This document shows positions 57,682 through 64,000 of a stretch of 64,000 nt of DNA, in pieces. The stretch covers positions 64,001 to 128,000 of the forward strand of contig CAVQUB010000008.1 in assembly GCA_963716725.1 (NCBI GenBank), written 5' to 3'. This DNA comes from an uncultured delta proteobacterium (GTDB lineage: Bacteria > Myxococcota_A > Polyangia > Polyangiales > Polyangiaceae). Each line of letters opens with the position of its first letter. The first letter of the stretch is position 1. The notes beneath the pieces are model-generated. The model saw only the letters and a list, made by a program, of their open reading frames with translations, did not search any database and was not told the DNA's origin. A program made the position numbers and the translations under genes.

Positions 57682-58211
57682 AATCTCGCTGGGTCTTGCC
57701 CTGTGCGGTGCTGGCCTTCTCCTGCGCCGAGCCCCCGCCCCCGAGGGCCGCCGAGAGTTCGTCCGCTCCGTCGACGCCGAGCGATCCGCCGCCGGCGCTC
57801 ACCATCGGGGCGCCGCCCCCGGCGCCCACCGGCACGCCCAAGACGGTGCCGACCCCTCCGCTGTCGTCACCCAACCCCACGGCGACCAACTCCCAGGACG
57901 CCCAGCCCCCACCCGCGGCGCCGCCCGCGGATCCGCGCACCGCGGCCATCCGCCGCATCGGCGAGGGCGCACAGTCGTGTCACGCGCGGCACGCCGCTGG
58001 CATCAAGGGCCGCCTCACCCTGAGCGTCGGTCGAGACGACACTGGCAAGGTCACGCGCGTCGTCGTGTTGCGTGCCCGGAGCTCGCCGGAGCTCGCTCGA
58101 CCTGCCTTCGAAGCCTGTGTGATCGATGCGGTGAAGCAGCAGCGTCTCTCACCGGCGCGCGACGAAGACCACGAACTCGAGCTGCCGCTGATCTTCGACC
58201 CACCGCCCTGA
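57675..58211 (+). CDS. Pro-rich lipoprotein with TonB_C/AgmX-PglI-like C-terminal domain
   Basis: AFSC lipobox; SCH..GIKGRLTL..GKV...ACVIDAV...LPLIF. Confidence 0.65.
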   Translation: MLKSRWVLPCAVLAFSCAEPPPPRAAESSSAPSTPSDPPPALTIGAPPPAPTGTPKTVPTPPLSSPNPTATNSQDAQPPPAAPPADPRTAAIRRIGEGAQSCHARHAAGIKGRLTLSVGRDDTGKVTRVVVLRARSSPELARPAFEACVIDAVKQQRLSPARDEDHELELPLIFDPPP

Positions 58212-58215
58212 GGCC

Positions 58216-59589
58216 TCAGAACTTGGTCAAGTACACCGTGCAGCCGTGGGGCTCGAAGGGCGCGTAGTCGGGATCGAAGGGGTGGGTCAGGGAGACGCCA
58301 CCGAGGTTCGTGCCCACGATCAGCAGGCCACGGGCGTCCTTCAGATCGCTGAGCGTTTGCTCGACCTTCGTCCCGCGCTCGACGAAGGGCGTGTAGATGC
58401 GTCCGAGCTCCCTGCCGTCGCCGGCGACGCTGACCAAGGCCCACTGGAAGGAGACCGGAGACTCCCATTCAGCCTGAAAACCCAGCTCTTGTTCCCCGAG
58501 GCTCTGGTCGAGGTCGAGCCAGACGTACATCGCCCCGGTCGGCTCGACGGGACGCAGCGACGCCACCCGACGTGGCAGGCCCGACAGCCGGAGCGACCAG
58601 TCGAAGCGCACACGGCCGAAGGAGCCCGCCCACTCCAGCGCTGGCAAATGCTCGCCGTCGTCGCGCACGCCGATGAAGGCGCGGGTCACGGCGAGATCGG
58701 CGAAGAGCATCGCCGTGTCGCGGGGGCTGCCGTCCAGCGCCGAGCGAATGGCGTCGAAGACGTCGGGGGAGTTGCTCCAGAGCAGCGAGCGCGGCTCGGT
58801 CTTCGCCACCGCGATGGACATGAGATGGGTTGCAATCGTGCCCGGCGCGCCGACTCCGCGTCGTGCGTCGAGATACTCGAAGAGCAGCGCGGACCCCTCC
58901 GAGCTGCCGCCCAGCTCGCGCGTCGCGATCGCTCGCTCGGGACTCGCTTGCACTTCGTCCACGGCCTCGAGATCCGCGCTGGTCGGTGTGCCGCGGAGTG
59001 CCCACAAGTGCGTGGCGTAGGCGCGGCGCAAGTGCGGCGTCTCCGCCGGATCGAGCGCGAGGGCTATGGCCTCTCCGACGCACAGCGATGCCTCCCGCTG
59101 CATCGCCTCCTGCCCCACGTCCCCCACGCTGCAATGGGCCGCGGCGCGATCGAAACGCCCGCCGACGAGCGGGTCCACTCCCACCCGCAGGCGCGATTGA
59201 CCGGCCGACAGGTAGAGATCGAGAGCTTCGCTGCCTCCCGCGCCGAGATCGCCCAGCGGGGGCGGCAAGCGCAGCACGTCCACCAGCGTGAAGTACGCGC
59301 TCTCAATTGCCTCGAGCGCGCCGAGGGCCGCCGCGGGGGTCACGCCGGCGCCGCGGTGAACACACACCGGCGCGCGGAACGAGCAGGCGGGCAGCTCGCC
59401 AGAGGGTGGCCGCTCGACCGAACCTTGGACCATGGCCCCCGTGGGCAGCCAGGGGTCGGTTTGGACTGGAGCCTTTTTCGAGGCCTGCCCGCCCCCAAAC
59501 AGAAAGGGGCGCTCGCGGCGCGGTTGCGCTTCGATCCGGCCGGGTGAGGCCGTTGCCAGCGCAACGAGCACCGTCGCCAGGTGCCTCAC
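58216..59589 (-). CDS. Exported hypothetical protein
   Basis: Long ORF with signal-like start; CSFRAPVCVH, LPPPLGD, LDLYL, conserved-looking C-terminus PFDPD..PFEPH; start uncertain. Confidence 0.7.
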   Translation of the reverse strand: MRHLATVLVALATASPGRIEAQPRRERPFLFGGGQASKKAPVQTDPWLPTGAMVQGSVERPPSGELPACSFRAPVCVHRGAGVTPAAALGALEAIESAYFTLVDVLRLPPPLGDLGAGGSEALDLYLSAGQSRLRVGVDPLVGGRFDRAAAHCSVGDVGQEAMQREASLCVGEAIALALDPAETPHLRRAYATHLWALRGTPTSADLEAVDEVQASPERAIATRELGGSSEGSALLFEYLDARRGVGAPGTIATHLMSIAVAKTEPRSLLWSNSPDVFDAIRSALDGSPRDTAMLFADLAVTRAFIGVRDDGEHLPALEWAGSFGRVRFDWSLRLSGLPRRVASLRPVEPTGAMYVWLDLDQSLGEQELGFQAEWESPVSFQWALVSVAGDGRELGRIYTPFVERGTKVEQTLSDLKDARGLLIVGTNLGGVSLTHPFDPDYAPFEPHGCTVYLTKF

Positions 59590-59679
59590 GCGCCGGAAAT
59601 CTCGCGGGGATTTGACATGCTCGCGCACGGCCGCCCTATACTGGCACACCCGGAGAAGGGCTCCGCAGCACGAGGCAGC

Positions 59680-60240
59680 ATGGCCGTTTCGCGATTCGAC
59701 CCGTCCCACTCGGTGAAGTTCGACTTAGGGCGAGGATCCGTGCACTTGGACGGTGCCGGTCCGCGCCTGTTGGTGCCGCCGGACGCATTGATCGAGCTCT
59801 GCAAGCATGCGGGCGACGATTCGCTCACGAATTTTGGGCGCACGCTCGGCACCGAGGTGGGACTCAGGATCACCGAACACTGGGGCGACGGCGGACAGAG
59901 CATCGGCGTCGAAGGGTTCGTCGATCACCTCGGCGGCAACTTGGCACTCCTGGGCTTCGGCTCGCTGTCCCTGGAGCGCTGGGGCAAGGCTCTGGTCTTC
60001 GTGATCGAAGGTTCGCCGCTGGGCGCTGCTGGGGACCCGCTGCTGGCCGCCGTGCTCGAAGGGGCGCTGCAGCGCTGCATGGGGCGCGATGGCCGAGCGG
60101 TGGTGCTCGGACGAGACGACGCTCACGTGCGGTTCTTGGTCATCGGCGCATCGGGCGCGGATCGGGCTCGCGCGTTGCTCTCGCAAGGCAAGAGTTGGGG
60201 CGAAGCCATCGCGCGGCTCCATGAAGGAAGCGCAGAATGA
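59680..60240 (+). CDS. Hypothetical protein, V4R/HNOX-like fold possible
   Basis: RLLVP...FGRTLG...LALLGFG...VLEGAL pattern; ATGA overlap with the next gene. Confidence 0.65.
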   Translation: MAVSRFDPSHSVKFDLGRGSVHLDGAGPRLLVPPDALIELCKHAGDDSLTNFGRTLGTEVGLRITEHWGDGGQSIGVEGFVDHLGGNLALLGFGSLSLERWGKALVFVIEGSPLGAAGDPLLAAVLEGALQRCMGRDGRAVVLGRDDAHVRFLVIGASGADRARALLSQGKSWGEAIARLHEGSAE

Positions 60241-61166
60241 TCAGCAGCCAGGATCAGATCACGCGGCTGCAGGGGCTGCTCGGTCTCGTGCAGAAGAACG
60301 CGGCCCGCCCCCGGATTCGCGCGGCGGCCGTCGCGGCGCCCACCGAGCCCGCGCCGGATCCGGGAATTGTCGACGAACCCGTGGTGATGGACGAGCCCGT
60401 GGTGATGGACGAGCCCGTGGTGATGGACGAGCCCGTGGTGATGGACGAGCCCGTCATGGCCGCGCCCGAGCCGGCGGAAGAGACCTCCATGGTGCGCGCC
60501 ATCGTGGACGACGAGGTCTCCGTCGAGATGGGCGAGGCTTCCATCGAAGATCTCGACCTGCTCGAGGACGACATCGTCGATATCACCGAGGCGTCTGTCC
60601 CCCCGCAATCAGCGGAAGAAATCTCGGAAGAATCGGAAGAAGAAGAATCGGAAGAAGAGGAGGCGCCGGCGTCTTCTCGCCGCGCTATCGCCGGCAGCAT
60701 GGGCGAGGCCCTGGCCGGCGCCGCCGATTCCGTCGCGATGGACGAAGGCCGCGAGATCCCGCTCAAGACCCCACCGCCGGAGTCCGGGCCTCAAGCAGCA
60801 CCGCTGCCCCAGGGCTTGGCCGCGCCCGCGGTTCCGGATTTGAGCGACCTTCGCGAGGTCGACATCGTGTCGCGCACCCAGCCCACGGCGGCGCAGCTCG
60901 GCGCGACCGTCGATCTCGAGCCTGCGCCGGACGACGACCTCGAGCTGGGCGAGCCGGTGGCCGAGGCGCCCCCGGTCCACGTAGTTCGCGAAGAGGCTCC
61001 CCCGGCCGCAGCCGCTGCGGTTGCCGCGACGCTGGAACCAGAGGTGGTGGGCCGTCCCAGCGTCTCGGCGGCGCCCGCCGCAGCCTTCGTGTCGGCGGCT
61101 CGCACCTTCAAGCCGCAGACCTTCTTGGAGCTGCTCGACGCGTCACTCGGTCTCGGGCGCGACTAA
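60237..61166 (+). CDS. Acidic low-complexity protein
   Basis: Short helical ends (RLQGLL..; TFLELLDASLGL) around a disordered acidic core. Confidence 0.7.
   Translation: MISSQDQITRLQGLLGLVQKNAARPRIRAAAVAAPTEPAPDPGIVDEPVVMDEPVVMDEPVVMDEPVVMDEPVMAAPEPAEETSMVRAIVDDEVSVEMGEASIEDLDLLEDDIVDITEASVPPQSAEEISEESEEEESEEEEAPASSRRAIAGSMGEALAGAADSVAMDEGREIPLKTPPPESGPQAAPLPQGLAAPAVPDLSDLREVDIVSRTQPTAAQLGATVDLEPAPDDDLELGEPVAEAPPVHVVREEAPPAAAAAVAATLEPEVVGRPSVSAAPAAAFVSAARTFKPQTFLELLDASLGLGRD
60372..60458 (+). repeat. 18-bp in-frame tandem repeat (DEPVVM), 4 full copies plus 1 partial
   Basis: GACGAGCCCGTGGTGATG units. Confidence 0.9.
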
Positions 61167-62054
61167 TACCCGCAGATCTCCAGATGCAGCGGCCCCCGGG
61201 TCGAGCCATCGAACCGGCTGGCTGCGGAGCCACGTGCGCTGTCTCCGAGCAAAGACCCGGGTGGCCCGAGTGATCCGCTCCGCGAGATCGCCGCCCGCGC
61301 CGCTCGCCACCGCCTCGTGCACTTGCCTGTAGCCCACCGAGGTCATCGCGCGCGCGCCGCCAAAGCCATCGGCGACGAGCCCTTGGACCTCGGCGATCCA
61401 CCCTGATTCGAGCATGCTGGTGACCCGCGCCGCTATCCTGGCATCGAGCCCAGCGGGCTCGTGTCGCACGCCGATCAGTCGATGCGGATGTCTGAGCTCG
61501 CGGAACTGATGTTCGGCGTGCCATTGGCTGAGCGTCACGCCGCTCAGCTCGAAGACCTCGAGGGCGCGGCTCACTCGAACGAAATCATTGGCGTTGAGCC
61601 GGGCGGCGCTGGCCGGATCCACCCCTGCGAGCTCCGCGTGCAGCGATGCGCGCCCCTCCGCCGCGGCGCGCTCCTCGTGGGCTCTGCGGATGCGGGCGTC
61701 CGCGGGCGGAGTCGCCGCCAAGCCCCAGAGCAGGGCACGCACCCACAGAAAAGTGCCCCCGCAGACGATGGGAGTCTTGCCCCGGCCCTCGATCTCACGA
61801 ATCGCAGCCTCGGCCAGCCGCGCCCACCCTGCCGCGTCCATGGGCTGATCCGGCTCGACGATATCGATCAGGTGATGCGGGGCGCGAGCGCGCTCTTCTG
61901 CGGTGGGCTTGCCCGTTCCGATCTGAAAGCGCGTGTAGACCTGCACGCTGTCGGCGCTGACGATCTCTCCGCCGAAGACCTCCGCCAGCCGCACCGCCAG
62001 CTCGGTCTTGCCCGACGCGGTGGGCCCGACGACGACCAAGAGCTCGCTCGACAT
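61143..62054 (-). CDS. miaA: tRNA dimethylallyltransferase
   Basis: GPTASGKT, SADSVQVY, IGTGKP, GGTFLW, RVSRALEV, ARRQRTW. Confidence 0.95.
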   Translation of the reverse strand: MSSELLVVVGPTASGKTELAVRLAEVFGGEIVSADSVQVYTRFQIGTGKPTAEERARAPHHLIDIVEPDQPMDAAGWARLAEAAIREIEGRGKTPIVCGGTFLWVRALLWGLAATPPADARIRRAHEERAAAEGRASLHAELAGVDPASAARLNANDFVRVSRALEVFELSGVTLSQWHAEHQFRELRHPHRLIGVRHEPAGLDARIAARVTSMLESGWIAEVQGLVADGFGGARAMTSVGYRQVHEAVASGAGGDLAERITRATRVFARRQRTWLRSQPVRWLDPGAAASGDLRVLVAPETE

Positions 62055-63901
62055 CAGCGCCGTCCAACGCGACGATCGAGCTCATGCCAGCTCGTGAAGG
62101 TCACCACGGGCCGACCGTGGGGGCAGTGTCCGGCGAAGTCAGCGCCGTCCAAGGCGCCAAGCAGCGCCATGCCTTCGCTGGCCGAGATGGGGTCGCCCGC
62201 GCGAATCGAGGCGTGACAGGCCATGGTGGCGAGGGCGAGATCCACCGCGTCCGAGAAGCCCCGGCCACCGCTGCGCATCACCTCGCTGAGCAGATCGCGG
62301 ACCAAGCGCTCGGGGCTGGTCTTCTGCAGGAGCTTGGGGACCGCGTGCACGCTGATGCTCTCGGGTCCGCGGACGCGCAAATCGAGCCCGACCGAGGCGA
62401 TCTCTTCGGCGCGGGCCGCGACCAGATCGGACTCGGCGCCCGTCACCTCCACCACCACCGGGAAGAGCAGCGCTTGGGACGAAACGGCGTTGTCGCGGTA
62501 GGCCTTGCGCAGCTTGTCGAACATCACGCGTTCGGCCGCGGCGTGTTGGTCGAGCACGTACAGCCCGTCGTCGGCTTCGCAGACCAAGAAGGTGTGACGC
62601 ACTTGGGCGACGAAACGCAGATTCGACCAGCGCATCTCCGGCCGTGGCCGGATCGGCGAACGCGCGGAGTCTTGCACTGCGACCAGCGGCTCGTCGGACT
62701 TCTCGTAGCGAGGTGACGGCGCTGCGGCCGAGGGAGTCGGCGCTGCGGCCGAGGGTGACGGCGCTGCGGCCGAGGGTGCTGGCGCTGTGCGAGCTGGCGG
62801 CGGAGGCGCCCCACCCGACAGCCCCCACGGGTCCGCCGGATCCGGATCCGGCTCCGGCGGCGGAGGAGGCGCCGGCGGGGCGGCCTTCTGCGGGTTCCAG
62901 CGTCGGCCCGGCGGCAACGAGAACGCCGTCGACAGCTCCCGCGAGAGGATCGCGTAGAGCGCGTCGTTGACCGCCCGCGGATCGGCGAAACGCACCTCGG
63001 ACTTCTGAGGGTGCACGTTCACGTCCAGCAGCGCCGGATCGATGTCGAGGTACACGACGCCCCGGGGGTAACGCCCGCGCTCGAGCACGCTGCCGTAGGC
63101 CTGGGCCACCGCCAGCGCCAAGGCGCGGTCGCGCACGGGTCGGTCGTTGACGAACAGCCGCAGCCCGCCCGCGCCCGCTCGCGCGCTCTCGGGTCGGCCC
63201 AGGAAAGCCTCGACCGAGAGCGGTCCCCGACTGCCCGCGCAGCGTGTGAGCTCGCCGTCCCCGAGCACTTGCGCCACGCGCTCGGCGCGACTCGCGACGT
63301 GGAGCCACTCGCGGACCGGACGCCCATCTCGTGTCAATTTGAAGGTGACGTCGGGGCGCGCCAGCGCGGCGGCCTCCACCACGTCGGTCACGTGTCCCGA
63401 CTCGGTGCCCGTCGATCGCAGGAACTTGCGCCGTGCCGGGACGTTGTAGAAAAGATCGCGGATCGTGACCCGGGTGCCGACGGGGGCTCCTGTCGGCCGA
63501 ATCACCGGCTCGGCTCCGCCCTCGATCGCCAGCTCGATGCCCGCGTCATCGTCGCGCGAGCGGGTCGTGAGCTCGAAGCGGCTCACCGACGCGATACTGG
63601 GCAGCGCTTCGCCGCGAAAACCGAAGGTGCGCATATGACCCAGCTCGGCAAAGGAGGCGATCTTGCTGGTAGCGTGACGCTGCACGCAGAGCCGAGCGTC
63701 GCTCTCGCTCATGCCAGAACCGTCGTCCGAGACCCCGATCAGGCCGACGCCACCGGCCTCGATCTCGACCTCGCAGCGGCGTGCTCCGGCGTCGAGGGCG
63801 TTCTCCAGCAGTTCTTTCACGGCGCTGGCCGGACGCTCGACCACCTCGCCGGCTGCGATCTGGTTCGCCAGCTCGGGGGGCAAGATGCGGACGCTCCCCA
63901 T
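62054..63901 (-). CDS. mutL: DNA mismatch repair protein MutL
   Basis: NQIAAGEVVERP, GFRGEAL, DVNVHPQK, DQHAAAER, ACH, CPHGRP. Confidence 0.97.
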   Translation of the reverse strand: MGSVRILPPELANQIAAGEVVERPASAVKELLENALDAGARRCEVEIEAGGVGLIGVSDDGSGMSESDARLCVQRHATSKIASFAELGHMRTFGFRGEALPSIASVSRFELTTRSRDDDAGIELAIEGGAEPVIRPTGAPVGTRVTIRDLFYNVPARRKFLRSTGTESGHVTDVVEAAALARPDVTFKLTRDGRPVREWLHVASRAERVAQVLGDGELTRCAGSRGPLSVEAFLGRPESARAGAGGLRLFVNDRPVRDRALALAVAQAYGSVLERGRYPRGVVYLDIDPALLDVNVHPQKSEVRFADPRAVNDALYAILSRELSTAFSLPPGRRWNPQKAAPPAPPPPPEPDPDPADPWGLSGGAPPPPARTAPAPSAAAPSPSAAAPTPSAAAPSPRYEKSDEPLVAVQDSARSPIRPRPEMRWSNLRFVAQVRHTFLVCEADDGLYVLDQHAAAERVMFDKLRKAYRDNAVSSQALLFPVVVEVTGAESDLVAARAEEIASVGLDLRVRGPESISVHAVPKLLQKTSPERLVRDLLSEVMRSGGRGFSDAVDLALATMACHASIRAGDPISASEGMALLGALDGADFAGHCPHGRPVVTFTSWHELDRRVGRR

Positions 63902-63910
63902 GCCGCGACC

Positions 63911-64000
63911 TCAGCTCTCTTCACTGGGGCTCGGCGCCGGACGTGTCAGCACCGCCCGCGCCGTGCGGCGAGTCACGCCGAAGGCACCCATGCCCAGCAC
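63911..64000 (-). CDS. C-terminal fragment of a probable membrane protein (partial)
   Basis: Open frame VLGMGAFGVTRRTARAVLTRPAPSPSEES-stop, 9 nt before mutL. Confidence 0.5.
   Translation of the reverse strand: MLGMGAFGVTRRTARAVLTRPAPSPSEES

Noticed and set aside
61143..63901. mutL-miaA coupling and the 24-bp convergent overlap
   Set aside because: mutL-miaA linkage is widespread; short 3' overlaps are common in GC-rich genomes

Overview
GC-rich chromosomal window from a myxobacterium. The 16S sequence, MYXO-CTERM tags and TSP3-OmpA proteins point to Polyangiales/Polyangiaceae-like; taxonomy is inferred, not searched. The left ~30 kb is an accessory cell-surface region. It holds a kinase-ATPase-sigma54 activator, a putative lipid-modification locus (LtaS-like sulfatase, PS decarboxylase, desaturase fused to a Rossmann/SAM-like domain) and a TraB-like OmpA paired with a MYXO-CTERM adhesin. 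It also holds a multiheme HzsA-like lipoprotein with non-canonical heme motifs. Most striking is a run of three different peptidoglycan hydrolases (NlpC/P60, SpoIID/LytB, M15), each mounted on a TSP3 stalk of graded length (8/5/2 repeats) with a MYXO-CTERM surface anchor. The right part is mostly housekeeping: mscL, a radical SAM enzyme, fpr, fbp, fbaB, pepA, a complete rrn operon (16S-Ile-Ala-23S-5S), an MtgA-like transglycosylase, tRNA-Arg(ACG)-tadA, aroE, an S8 protease, miaA and mutL. A candidate sigma54-driven ~160-nt sRNA with an intrinsic terminator lies after aroE. Many accessory genes carry -24/-12 motifs. No CRISPR array, transposase or integrase was seen. All product calls come from motif recognition by eye; no database searches were run.
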